Source: Thermoplasmata archaeon (lineage in GTDB: Archaea > Thermoplasmatota > Thermoplasmata > Lutacidiplasmatales > UBA184). Taken from it: a DNA stretch of 64,000 nucleotides. Made by a program: the position numbers and the translations under genes. The DNA lies in assembly GCA_022749935.1 (NCBI GenBank), contig JAKIWQ010000004.1, forward strand, positions 2,286 to 66,285. Direction: 5' to 3'. The notes below the pieces were generated by a model. That model made no database searches, was not told the origin of the DNA, and saw only the letters and a program-made list of their open reading frames with translations. Positions 26,224-35,706 of the stretch are shown here, piece by piece; position 1 is the first letter of the stretch; each line of letters begins with the position of its first letter.

Positions 26224-29200
26224 CTAGGGCTCGACGCTCATCGGCGAGGCGGAGGGGGGGAACTGGTCAAGGGTCCGCTGGGCGGCGGCACCGGGGAACA
26301 GCGTCGCGAGCGAGTCCGCGAGCACCTGGATCCGCTGGCGAACGTAGGGCGTGATCCCCTCGATCGAGCCGAGCCGCTGGGAGAGGGCGAGGTACTTTCG
26401 CACCGACCCTTCATACACAGTCGAGAGGAGTTCGCCATCACACCGTCCGCCGCCCGGCCGGAGCGCGACGCACCGGCTGGCGAGCGGCGGCCGGCGGTAC
26501 GAGGCGCCGCAGACCTTGCATCGAAATTTCTGCGTCGCGTAGCTCTTGAGATTTCCCATCAGGTCCGGCAGGAAGTGAGCGTTCAGGACGAGCGTGACCG
26601 CTTCCGCGACATCGACCGCCCGGATTTGGGCCGCGAGGAGGATCGAGCGCTCGACCATGTCGTTCATCGACCGGGCGTCCCGGTAGGCGGAGCGGACCGG
26701 GCCCCCCGCGATCCGGGTCGTGTCGTGCGTGAACCCGTACCCCGAGAGGGCGTGCTCGGTCCCGAGCCGGCCCGCGACCTGCTCGATCATCGCCTCGACC
26801 TCCTTGGCCGGTCGGCGGTCGGCCGCGGCCCGGTACAGGGCGAGCGGGTAGTGGTCCCCTACGTCGACGTGGTGGGCCTCCTTGTCGACCTCCGTCGCCT
26901 CGAGCCGGGTCGTGAGGACGAGCGGCTTGTCCATCAACGCGCCCCGGCTGTCCGGCAAGTACGACCGGGAAAAGTTGAGGAGGGCGTCCAGCAAGAGCGT
27001 GACCGAGTCCTCGTCCCCGTCACAGTTCCGCCGTTTCGCCGCGTGGAACACGGGGTGGGCGAAGCACGCCTCGGCGTTCGTGAACCCGATGATCCGTCCC
27101 GTGACCCCGCCCGAGGTATGCGGGGCGAGGGCGATCACGATCGCCCCGACGAGGTCCCCCGGACGGTTCGCCCGGTAGAACGGGTCGAGGTTGTAGAGCC
27201 GGAGGAGTTCGTCGTCGACGAACTGGGCGAGACGGGTCAGGTAGTCCCCGCACGTGCGGGCGACGACCAGGTCCTGCGGGAGGAGCTCGACCAACTGTTC
27301 CTCGTCGGTCAGCTCCTGGCCGAGCCAGTCGTGCGTGTACCCGAGCGCGCGCAGCGTCGGAACCGGAGTCCCGACCTCGCCCGGTCGGAAGTGGGTGAGT
27401 GGGAGGTCGGTGAGGTCGAACCGGGCCGTCCCGTCCTGGTAGACCGAGATCCCGTGGGACGCCCGGAGGATCCCCTTCTCGATGGGCTCGGGCACTTTCC
27501 CCGGCGAGGTGAGCCCCTTCACGCCCTTCACCACCGGCGTGTGCGCGATGTGGAGGCGGGCGACCGCATCGCTCCAGAGGCGGGCGATCGGGAGCGGCTC
27601 GCTGACGACCCGGCCGTCCGGCTCCGTGTGCGTCCCGCAGGTACACCGGTTCCAGACAGTGGTCCGCTGGCACGACGGACAGAGGCGGACCCCGAGGTCG
27701 ACCCGAACTCCGTCCCGCATCGTCTGACGGGCGGCCTCGGGGACCGACCGGGTCGAACCGCCGGCTGGCCCGACGGGGAACAGCGCGTGGACGTTGGGCT
27801 CCATCGTGCGCTGGTACGCTTTTTCGGGTCGTCCGACGCGTCCCCCGATCCGGGAGGGGGCCCGGCTCCCGACCGTGACGCCGGCGAGACGGCCTACGTA
27901 GACGAGCGGGTCCTCGTCGACCGGGTCGATGTCCCGCTGCCGGGACAGGAGGCCTTCCGACACCTCGAGACCGAGACCGCCCACGAGGGCGTCGCTCGGG
28001 TCCGGCTCCCCGCGCCATCGGTCGGGGCCGCAGGGACCCATCAGGAACCCGAGCCGGATCAGGACCTCTCTCCAGCCCGGATCGTGCGGAAGCTCGAGGG
28101 CTCCGTCGCTCCATCGGCCCGTCCTCTCGACGAACTCGGAGAGCGCCCGGATCTCGCCGGGGGAGAGGTCATGCCAGAAGAGGAGCCAACGGGGGTGCAG
28201 GGGAACTCGGAATGTTCGGGAGGTCCGGACCGCGTCCTCGTACGAGGTCGGCGCGATCGCGACCGGGTCGGCTCCGGCGGCCAGGAGTTCCTCGACGTGC
28301 CAATCGAGCGAGTACGCCCCCGGGGCGAGGGGCCGGTTGTTCTCGAGGAACTCCCCGTAGCTGACGAGGATCTCACCGAGGTCGATGATCCGGCGAACTC
28401 GGGGCAGGAGGTCCGTGGCCCGGGCGGCCTCATGCACCGCGGTCAGGGTCCCGTCGTCGAGTTCGACGATCGGTCCCTCGATCGTGTCGCAGACTCCCAT
28501 CGCCGTCGCCTTGCCGGGGTACTCGAGCTTGACCTGCGTCCCCACGGCGACGAAATGTTGGAGGATCACCATCGTGGCCGGGTTGAGCGCGCACGCGGCG
28601 AGACCGGTCGTGCGGGCGCGTCCGTAGACGAGCCGGAACCCGCCGGGATGGCTCGGATGGGCCAGGACCGGTCGGCCCCCCACCGAATCCTGAAGGTACT
28701 TCGGAGTCTGGGCGTCGTCGTCGTCTACGGCATGGTGGCCGAGTTGTTCGAGGAACTCCCAGCCGTCCAGCCCCAGTTTGTCGACGATCCGCCGGAGCTT
28801 CGCGGCCTTCTGACAGAGTCCCTCAGCGATGACCAGGCACGCACCCCCTCGGATCCCGTTGGTCGGCACTCGGGCCAGGTTGCGAAAGGCGCTGACCTCG
28901 GCGTCGCCCTCGGTGGACTCTCCGGAGATCGAAACGGGGACGTTCTCCACGACGAGGGCGATCTCCTCGGCCGTCGGCACGTACTGGAGGTGCTGGTGGT
29001 ACTTGTACAACGGGATCTCCTCCTTGTATCGCTCGACCTCCGTGCGGTCGGGGCGGAACCGGGCGAGCCCGAGGTCGCGGCGGACGATGTCGGCCAGGAG
29101 CACGCTCAGGGCCTGCGCCGTACCGCCCGCCGCCCGGATCGGTCCGGCGTAGTACAGCTCGATGTACTGCCCTCCCGGTCCGTCCCGAACGTGGACCTCA

Positions 29201-29556
29201 GCCAGGCCCTCGAGGGGGGCCACCAGAATCCCCTCGGTGAGAATCGCGAGGCCCACTCGGAGCGCTGCGTCGACCCGGTCGGCGACCGAGCCCCCACGGG
29301 ACGTGTCGTTCGCGAGTCGACGGGTGATCCGCACGGCGACCTCTTCTCGCGGGAGGGTGGCGCCTAGCGTGCGGATCTCCTCGGAGATACCTTCGATCCG
29401 GAGATGGGCGAGGAGTTTCTCCACCCGCATGGCCATGTCCTGGGCCCGCGGTATCTCGGGGTGGATCTCCGGGTCGAGCCCCTCGCTTCGGGCTCGCTCG
29501 GCGACCGTGTAGGCCCGGTCGACTTCGGACTCGATCGCCCGGAAGTAGGGCTCCAC
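26224..29556 (-). CDS. polC: DNA polymerase D (Pol II) large subunit DP2
   Basis: Zinc-finger motif CPSCQRTTVWNRCTCG...C and conserved DP2 blocks throughout ~1110 aa. GTG start at 29556 (VEPYFRAIE) with a TATA-like tttatcc ~25 nt upstream. No intein-sized insertion. Confidence 0.9.
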   Translation of the reverse strand: MEPYFRAIESEVDRAYTVAERARSEGLDPEIHPEIPRAQDMAMRVEKLLAHLRIEGISEEIRTLGATLPREEVAVRITRRLANDTSRGGSVADRVDAALRVGLAILTEGILVAPLEGLAEVHVRDGPGGQYIELYYAGPIRAAGGTAQALSVLLADIVRRDLGLARFRPDRTEVERYKEEIPLYKYHQHLQYVPTAEEIALVVENVPVSISGESTEGDAEVSAFRNLARVPTNGIRGGACLVIAEGLCQKAAKLRRIVDKLGLDGWEFLEQLGHHAVDDDDAQTPKYLQDSVGGRPVLAHPSHPGGFRLVYGRARTTGLAACALNPATMVILQHFVAVGTQVKLEYPGKATAMGVCDTIEGPIVELDDGTLTAVHEAARATDLLPRVRRIIDLGEILVSYGEFLENNRPLAPGAYSLDWHVEELLAAGADPVAIAPTSYEDAVRTSRTFRVPLHPRWLLFWHDLSPGEIRALSEFVERTGRWSDGALELPHDPGWREVLIRLGFLMGPCGPDRWRGEPDPSDALVGGLGLEVSEGLLSRQRDIDPVDEDPLVYVGRLAGVTVGSRAPSRIGGRVGRPEKAYQRTMEPNVHALFPVGPAGGSTRSVPEAARQTMRDGVRVDLGVRLCPSCQRTTVWNRCTCGTHTEPDGRVVSEPLPIARLWSDAVARLHIAHTPVVKGVKGLTSPGKVPEPIEKGILRASHGISVYQDGTARFDLTDLPLTHFRPGEVGTPVPTLRALGYTHDWLGQELTDEEQLVELLPQDLVVARTCGDYLTRLAQFVDDELLRLYNLDPFYRANRPGDLVGAIVIALAPHTSGGVTGRIIGFTNAEACFAHPVFHAAKRRNCDGDEDSVTLLLDALLNFSRSYLPDSRGALMDKPLVLTTRLEATEVDKEAHHVDVGDHYPLALYRAAADRRPAKEVEAMIEQVAGRLGTEHALSGYGFTHDTTRIAGGPVRSAYRDARSMNDMVERSILLAAQIRAVDVAEAVTLVLNAHFLPDLMGNLKSYATQKFRCKVCGASYRRPPLASRCVALRPGGGRCDGELLSTVYEGSVRKYLALSQRLGSIEGITPYVRQRIQVLADSLATLFPGAAAQRTLDQFPPSASPMSVEP

Positions 29557-29728
29557 GGGGCGCCCACACTCCGAGGGAGGATAAACCCGCCGCGAGAAAT
29601 CAGCCCCGGTGGTACGACGGTGACCCTGTTCGTCGGAAACGCGGGGCTCGACCCGGCCGACGGCCGAACATCGCCGTTCGCCTGGGAGGCCCTTTATCCG
29701 ACAGGAGTTCCCCCGTCGAGGTCGTCGG

Positions 29729-30283
29729 ATGGAACCGGCGGAATCGTACGGGCCGGCCACGTTTCGCCCCGCCGTGGTCTCGGACGCCGGCCGGCTCGCC
29801 GACATTCACATCCGGGTCCTGATGGTGACCTATCGGGGAATCGACCCGCAGGAGTGGCTCGATAGCCTACCCCAACAGCTGATCGAGCGGGAAACACGGT
29901 GGCGCGAACGCCTCTCCCAAGTTCCCGTGGACGTGGTCCACGTGGCGGAGGTGGCGCCCGCGGGCCTCGTCGGGTTCGCCGTCGGGGGTCCCGCTCGCCC
30001 TCCCAACTTGGGGTACGAAGGGGAGCTCATCTCCCTGTACCTCCTACCGGAGCACCAGCGACGCGGGATCGGACGGGAGCTCGTCCGACGTGTGGCCCGC
30101 TCCCTGATGGAACGAGGGTTGCGGGGGATGTTGGTGCGAGTCCTTACCGCGAATCCGGCCCGCCTCTTCTACGAGCGACTCGGGGGCCGCCCGGTCGGAG
30201 TGCAGACCGTCACCATCGGGGACCAGCCACTCGAGGAGACCGTGTACGCCTGGCGCGACCTCGACCTCTACTTCGCGCCGTAA
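29729..30283 (+). CDS. GNAT-family N-acetyltransferase
   Basis: Motif A, QRRGIGRELVRRV, is present. 184 aa. A TATA-like cctttatccg sits ~30 nt upstream. Confidence 0.72.
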   Translation: MEPAESYGPATFRPAVVSDAGRLADIHIRVLMVTYRGIDPQEWLDSLPQQLIERETRWRERLSQVPVDVVHVAEVAPAGLVGFAVGGPARPPNLGYEGELISLYLLPEHQRRGIGRELVRRVARSLMERGLRGMLVRVLTANPARLFYERLGGRPVGVQTVTIGDQPLEETVYAWRDLDLYFAP

Positions 30284-30421
30284 GCCCTTCTCCCCGGCCC
30301 CGCCGGAGCCACCGAACGTGGCCGCGTGCCGCGCGTCCGACGGTGTCCGCAACCGTCGAGGCTCGAGGGAGAAACCAGATTCATGAGGTACCGCTGACGG
30401 TTCGGTTCCGCTGAACGCAAA

Positions 30422-30433
30422 CGTTTATGTAAC
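30422..30433 (+). promoter_or_regulatory. TATA-box-like element (cgtttatgtaac) upstream of ftsZ
   Basis: An AT-rich island in a GC-rich intergenic region, ~50 nt upstream of the ftsZ ATG. Confidence 0.3.
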
Positions 30434-30483
30434 AACCCCCCGAGTGGTTCCCCAGAGCGTATGACGCTCGTCTGACAAACAGG

Positions 30484-31632
30484 ATGGGGTACACACCTAT
30501 GAAGTCCATCATCCAAGAAGCGATCGCGAAACACCAGGAGAACCAAGCCCTGGTCGACGACAAGAAGCCGACCTTGCCGGCCTACGGCAGCGCTGACGAC
30601 GCGGAACTCGCGAAGTTGGCCGAGACGCTGAAGGTCAACATCCGGATCGTCGGATGCGGAGGCGGTGGTTCGAACACGATCAACCGATGCGTCGAGGACG
30701 GAATCCAGGGCGCCGAGATGTGCGCCATCAACACCGACGCCAAGCATCTCCTGACGATCCATTCGCCCCGCAAGATCCTCATCGGCCGCCGGGCCACCAA
30801 GGGCTTGGGCGCGGGGGCGCGTCCCGAGATCGGGGAAGAGGCTGCCCGCGAGAACGAGGAGGAGCTGCGCCAGTTCGTGAACGGCGCCCACATCGTCTTC
30901 ATCACCGCCGGCATGGGCGGAGGGACCGGGACGGGGTCGGCCCACCTGGTCGCACGTCTCGCCAAGGAAGCCGGAGCGCTCACGATGGGCGTCGTCACCC
31001 TGCCCTTCTCGGGCGAGGGAGCGGCGCGCATGGAGCAGGCCAAGGATGGACTCGAGCGCCTGCGCCGCGTGTGCGACACGACCATCGTCATCCAGAACGA
31101 CAAGCTTCTCGAGCTCGTCCCGCGCATGCCGCTCGACGCGGCGTTCAAGCTCGCGGACGCCTGCCTCATGACGGCCATCAAGGGGATCACGGAGATCGTG
31201 ACCCGGCCGGGGCTCGTGAACCTAGACTACGCCGACATCCTGACCGTCATGAAGGACGGCGGGGTCGCGCTCATCGGACTCGGAGAGAGCGAGAGTGCCA
31301 CCGACCGCGTGACCGAAGCGGTCACCGAGGCGCTCACCTCCCCGCTGCTCGGCTCGGTCGACCTGAAGGATGCGACCGGCGCGCTCGTGCGCGTCATCGG
31401 CGGCCCGACCATGACCGTCAGCGAGGCCGAGAAGGCCGCCGCACTGGTCGGCGGGAAGATCTCCAAGCGGGCCCGGATCATCTGGGGCTGCTCGGTCGAG
31501 AACTCTCCCGACCTCGAGAACACCATCCGGGTGCTCCTCATCATCACGGGCGTCCGCGCCACGAGCCTCCTCGGTCAGAAGGGAGGCTACGCAGCCGGTG
31601 AGTCTGAGGAAGTCATCGACCTCGTCCGCTAG
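30484..31632 (+). CDS. ftsZ: Cell division GTPase FtsZ
   Basis: Tubulin signature GGGTGTGSA. The region VGCGGGGSN and the T7 loop are present. Confidence 0.92.
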   Translation: MGYTPMKSIIQEAIAKHQENQALVDDKKPTLPAYGSADDAELAKLAETLKVNIRIVGCGGGGSNTINRCVEDGIQGAEMCAINTDAKHLLTIHSPRKILIGRRATKGLGAGARPEIGEEAARENEEELRQFVNGAHIVFITAGMGGGTGTGSAHLVARLAKEAGALTMGVVTLPFSGEGAARMEQAKDGLERLRRVCDTTIVIQNDKLLELVPRMPLDAAFKLADACLMTAIKGITEIVTRPGLVNLDYADILTVMKDGGVALIGLGESESATDRVTEAVTEALTSPLLGSVDLKDATGALVRVIGGPTMTVSEAEKAAALVGGKISKRARIIWGCSVENSPDLENTIRVLLIITGVRATSLLGQKGGYAAGESEEVIDLVR

Positions 31633-31936
31633 GTCGTCGGACCCGCGCCCCCGCTACCTCGGCCTCGAGGTCGCGGGGGAACACCTTCCCCTCCTGTCCC
31701 CCCGCTGGTGGGAGGGCACGCTCCGCCAGCGCTTCCCGGCAGTCCCGTTTCGCCTCGTGCGCTCGGAAGGACGGCGCGCCGTGGTCGAAGTGGAGCACCT
31801 CCGCCTCTCTGAGGCCCGAGCGGCCTGGACCGGCCCCGTCGAGGACCACGGCTCGCTCGGGACCGTGCGTACCTGGGGGACGCTGGTCGGGGCCAAGGCA
31901 TGGCTCGCCGGACCCCGTCGCCGCCGGGGAACGTGA
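31598..31936 (+). CDS. Possible RNase P protein component 2 (Pop5/Rpp14-like)
   Basis: The pattern PRYLGLEV...FRLVRSEGRRAVVEVEHLRLSEA...LGTVRTWGTL resembles archaeal Pop5. It overlaps the ftsZ 3-prime end by 35 nt, so the start is uncertain. Confidence 0.35.
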   Translation: MSLRKSSTSSARSSDPRPRYLGLEVAGEHLPLLSPRWWEGTLRQRFPAVPFRLVRSEGRRAVVEVEHLRLSEARAAWTGPVEDHGSLGTVRTWGTLVGAKAWLAGPRRRRGT

Positions 31937-31949
31937 GACCGCTCTCGGG

Positions 31950-33599
31950 CTACGAGAGCCCGACCGAGAACACCGAGTTCCCGACGGTCAACTGCTGCAA
32001 GGCGACGGTCGGGATGGTGAGCGTCACGGTGCCCAGCGAACCTCCGGGCGAGTAGGTTCCGGTGCAGATCGAGAAGGGCAGGCACGACCACAGGCCCGCA
32101 TACTGCAGGTTCCCGTTGAGATACTGGTCCCAGGCTTCCGCGTAGGGAGTGTGGAACGTGATGGTGATCGGGACCGCGGGATTGAGCGAGAACGCGACCG
32201 ACGTGTTGTTGGTGAGGGAGGGGTTGCTGGATTGCAGCAGCCTCAGGTTGAGCGTCTCGGTCCCGGTCCCCGAGGCCGAGCCGACCACGTTGGAGAAGTA
32301 CGGGAACCAGAGCGAAGCCTGGGTGACCGCGGTCCCGACGCCCCCGGGCCGGGTGAGGGAGATCGCCGGGGGGTCGATGATCACCGGGTAGGCACCGAAC
32401 TGCGCGTAGACGACCGCCCCCTCGTCGTAGGCGACCTCTCCGCTCGGCGAGTAGGTGTTGAAAAGGTGGACCGTGAGGCCCGCTCCCTGGAGGCTCGGGC
32501 CCTTGATCGGAACGGCCTGACGGGAGAAGAAGGGGCACATCGTCTGGGCCACGGCGGCCGCGTGGATGGTCCAGGGAGACGCCGAGAGCGTGCCGGTATA
32601 CGCGGTGTCGTTGTAGTAGGCGTTGTAGCTCGCCAGCGGGCCGGTCCCGTGGAGGGCTTCGGTCCGGGAGACGTTATCGTAGGGGCAGAGCGGCGACACG
32701 GGGTTGGTGGCGTTGAACCCGGTCACGTACGCGACGTTGGCCGCGGCGCCGGTCGCGTTCGCCGTGATCGAGTCGCCGTTCCCGTACGAGATCACGAGCA
32801 AGGACCCGACCCCGGTCGAAGCGTCGTAGACCGAGTCCGAGTCACCGAAGCTCCGCACGACGACGCCGGCCGTCCCGGTGGGTCCCAGGTTGAGGTAATC
32901 GTGGTTCCCGACCACGGTCACGTTCACCGCGGAACCTCCGAGGACCGAGAGGGTGACGCTGTCGTTGCTCCCGTAGATCGCGACATCCACCTTCGCTCCC
33001 CCGGTCGCCGCGATGGAGATCGTGGAGTGGTTCGTGGAGTAGTTCAGGGCGTAGAGACCCGTGGCGAGGGTCGAGGTGATCGTGAAGGCCTTGGCATTGC
33101 CGGAGAAATTGTAGGCGAGCTTCGAGAGGGCCAGCGTGCACGCGATGCCGACGTGGGCGAGCGTGGTGAACGAGCACCCGGCCGGCAGTTGCGGACCCCC
33201 CTGGGGGGAACCGAGGGGCGGCGAGTAGACCGACTCTCCCAGCAACCCGTACGAGACCGTGAGGTTGGTCCAGAAACGTCCACTTCCGACGGCGGAGCCG
33301 TCCGGGGCGGTCCACGGGGCCACCCCGTCCGAGCCCAGCGAGAGCGGCTGGACGACCTGGATCCCGGTTCCCCCGTCCTCTCCCGCCGCACTGAGGAGCG
33401 CCGACAGCCGGCTAAACTCGTTCTCGACGGCGATCACGTGGTTGAGGTCGTTGACCTGCATCTGGTTGGGCACGATCGTCGTGAGGAAATTCGCGATGAA
33501 CGTCACGACGAGCAAGAGGCCGAGCAGGGTCGCCACCGCGGCCACCTGGCCGCGACGGCCACGACGACGCCATCTCCGGCTCCTCAATAGACGGGGCAA
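31950..33599 (-). CDS. Secreted or surface glycoprotein with class III (type IV pilin/archaellin-like) signal peptide
   Basis: N-terminus RRRGRRG|QVAAVATLLGLLLVVTFIA, i.e. basic-G/Q-hydrophobic. More than 15 NxS/T sequons. Ser/Thr/Gly-rich beta-type sequence. Confidence 0.5.
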   Translation of the reverse strand: MPRLLRSRRWRRRGRRGQVAAVATLLGLLLVVTFIANFLTTIVPNQMQVNDLNHVIAVENEFSRLSALLSAAGEDGGTGIQVVQPLSLGSDGVAPWTAPDGSAVGSGRFWTNLTVSYGLLGESVYSPPLGSPQGGPQLPAGCSFTTLAHVGIACTLALSKLAYNFSGNAKAFTITSTLATGLYALNYSTNHSTISIAATGGAKVDVAIYGSNDSVTLSVLGGSAVNVTVVGNHDYLNLGPTGTAGVVVRSFGDSDSVYDASTGVGSLLVISYGNGDSITANATGAAANVAYVTGFNATNPVSPLCPYDNVSRTEALHGTGPLASYNAYYNDTAYTGTLSASPWTIHAAAVAQTMCPFFSRQAVPIKGPSLQGAGLTVHLFNTYSPSGEVAYDEGAVVYAQFGAYPVIIDPPAISLTRPGGVGTAVTQASLWFPYFSNVVGSASGTGTETLNLRLLQSSNPSLTNNTSVAFSLNPAVPITITFHTPYAEAWDQYLNGNLQYAGLWSCLPFSICTGTYSPGGSLGTVTLTIPTVALQQLTVGNSVFSVGLS

Positions 33600-33685
33600 G
33601 CCTTCCTCGCTCGAGGGTACAAATTACCCTAGGACGCGATATTTAGTCTTATGGCCCTGGCCCCCCGTAGCGCACTCGGGCGCGC

Positions 33686-35296
33686 GTGGTTTCCGCGAAA
33701 CTTATCCCGTCCCCTTCCTCCCCATTGGGGGTACGGACGGTGGGTTCCGAACGGGGGCCGGCGGTCCGGATCGAACGGGCCCTCCTTTCGGTCGATGACA
33801 AGACCGGACTCGATGCGCTCGGTCAAGGGCTGAGCCAACTCGGGATCGAACTCTGGGCCACCGGGGGTACGAGAGCCTCCCTATCGGCTTCGGGCCTGGC
33901 GGTCCGGGCCGCCGAGGAACTCACGGGCATCGCGGCCTGGTTCGATGGACGGGTCAAGACTCTCCATCCCGGGCTCCTCGGGGGGATCCTCGCCCCGCGC
34001 ACCGAGGCCGGCCGACGGGAACTCGCGGACCGGGGACTGCTTGCGTTCGACCTGGTCGTCGTCAATTTTTACCCGTTCGAGCGCCACCTCGCAGAGGCCC
34101 CGGCGGCGACCGACCGGGAGGAATACGTCGACATCGGCGGGGTCACGTTGGTCCGGGCCGCGGCCAAGAACCATGCCGGCGTCACGGTGGTGACCGACCC
34201 CACGGAGTACGGGGAGCTCCTGCGCGAGCTCCGGGAGACGAACGGCTCGGTGTCCGCGGGCACCCGCGCCCGATTCGCTCGCCGCGCCTTCCAGCGGGTG
34301 GCGGAATACGACGCGGCCATCGCCGCCGGCCTCCTCCCTCCGGACGAGGGGGACGACCCGTTCCCGCCGACGCTCGTGCTGCGGCGCGAGCCGCTCCGCC
34401 TCCGGTACGGCGAGAATCCGCATCAACGGGCCGCGGTCTACCGGGGCGAGGCGGGATTCCTCCACCGACCCTTCGAGGTCGTCAAAGGAGCGTCCCTCTC
34501 CTACACGAACCTCCTGGACGTCGACACCGCGCTCGAGATCGTGGCCGAGTACCCCTTGGCGGCGGCCGCGGTCGTGAAACACGCGACCCCCTGCGGCGTC
34601 GCCGAAGGAGCCAGCGTCCGGGAAGCCCTCGAGCGGGCGATCGCTACCGACCCCAAGGCCCGGTTCGGTTGCGCCATCGCGTTGAACCGGCCGATGGGTC
34701 CCGACGACCCGGACGCCTTGCACGGCGTGTTCGTCGACCTCATCGCGGCGCCGGGGTTCGACCCCGTCGCCCGGGAAAAGCTCGACCGGCGGCCCAAGCT
34801 CAAAGTCGTTCGGACCGACCCCCCGGGCTCGGCCCTTCCCCGATGGGAGGCCCGCTCCGCGTTCGGCCGGGTTCTGGTCCAGGACGCGGACCGGCGCCAA
34901 CTGGCGCCGGGTGAGCTGAAACCGGTAACCTCGCGGCGCGCGTCGCCCGAGGAACTCTGTTCCCTCGACTTTGCCTGGAGGGTCGTCCGGCATGCGAAGT
35001 CGAACGCCATCGTCCTCGCCCGCGGCCCCGCCACGGTGGGGATCGGCTCCGGCCAGCCCACGCGCGTGAAGGCCGTGGAGCTCGCCTGCGAAGTCGCCGG
35101 CGAGCGGGCGCGGGGTGCCGTGCTCGCGTCCGACGCCTTTTTTCCGTTCGCCGACGGCGTCGAGGCGGCCGGTCGGGCCGGGGTGGCGGCGATCCTTCAG
35201 CCCGGCGGAAGCCTGCGGGACCCCGAGGTCATCGCCGCCGCCGAGAAGGCGGGGATCGCGATGTACTTCACCGGGTGGCGGGTGTTCCGCCACTAG
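33686..35296 (+). CDS. purH: Bifunctional AICAR transformylase / IMP cyclohydrolase
   Basis: MGS-like N-terminus LSVDDKTGL...LWATGGT. The AICARFT core is present. An alternative GTG start is at 33740. A TATA gcgatatttag sits at ~33636-33646. Confidence 0.88.
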   Translation: MVSAKLIPSPSSPLGVRTVGSERGPAVRIERALLSVDDKTGLDALGQGLSQLGIELWATGGTRASLSASGLAVRAAEELTGIAAWFDGRVKTLHPGLLGGILAPRTEAGRRELADRGLLAFDLVVVNFYPFERHLAEAPAATDREEYVDIGGVTLVRAAAKNHAGVTVVTDPTEYGELLRELRETNGSVSAGTRARFARRAFQRVAEYDAAIAAGLLPPDEGDDPFPPTLVLRREPLRLRYGENPHQRAAVYRGEAGFLHRPFEVVKGASLSYTNLLDVDTALEIVAEYPLAAAAVVKHATPCGVAEGASVREALERAIATDPKARFGCAIALNRPMGPDDPDALHGVFVDLIAAPGFDPVAREKLDRRPKLKVVRTDPPGSALPRWEARSAFGRVLVQDADRRQLAPGELKPVTSRRASPEELCSLDFAWRVVRHAKSNAIVLARGPATVGIGSGQPTRVKAVELACEVAGERARGAVLASDAFFPFADGVEAAGRAGVAAILQPGGSLRDPEVIAAAEKAGIAMYFTGWRVFRH

Positions 35297-35642
35297 GCCG
35301 CGTCGTCTCGGCGAAGAACCGCCGTAGGATCGTCCGGAACTCCGCCGGTCCGACCGGACCGACCTCCCGACCTTTCTCCTGTCCCGACTCGACGAACACG
35401 TACGTGGGGATCGAATGGATCCCGTAGGAGCGAGTCACCCCGGCCGCATCGTCGATGTTCACTTTGGCAAACTTGATCCTTCCGGCGAGCCGGAGGGCGA
35501 GGTCGACGAACACCGGTTCGGTGACCCGACACGGCACGCACCAGTCCGCGTAGAAATCGACGACGACCGGCAGCGGAGATCGGATGACCTCGGTCTCAAA
35601 GGTCGCATCCGTGACCCGAACCGGACCTTCCGCACTCGCCAT
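35268..35642 (-). CDS. trxA: Thioredoxin
   Basis: WCVPC active site. ~124 aa from ATG 35642 (MASAEGPVRV). Confidence 0.8.
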   Translation of the reverse strand: MASAEGPVRVTDATFETEVIRSPLPVVVDFYADWCVPCRVTEPVFVDLALRLAGRIKFAKVNIDDAAGVTRSYGIHSIPTYVFVESGQEKGREVGPVGPAEFRTILRRFFAETTRPSGGTPATR

Positions 35643-35706
35643 GGTCTTCCTCCTCCTTTCGATTTCGTCACTCGCTTTAAGCACTCTCTTCCTCGCGCGG
35701 TCACTC

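Noticed and set aside
26224-29556. An intein in PolD DP2 or in NrdJ
   Set aside because: The lengths (~1110 aa and ~925 aa) and the continuous conserved blocks are consistent with intein-free versions. No homing-endonuclease or Hint motifs were seen.
31598-31936. Calling the Pop5-like ORF confidently
   Set aside because: It is kept only at low confidence. It overlaps the ftsZ 3-prime end, has no clear start codon, and the match rests on a short remembered motif pattern.
33600-33690. A possible ncRNA or tRNA in the AT-rich gap before purH
   Set aside because: No cloverleaf or T-loop GTTCGAAT-type motif is present. The AT-rich words are better explained as the purH TATA box.
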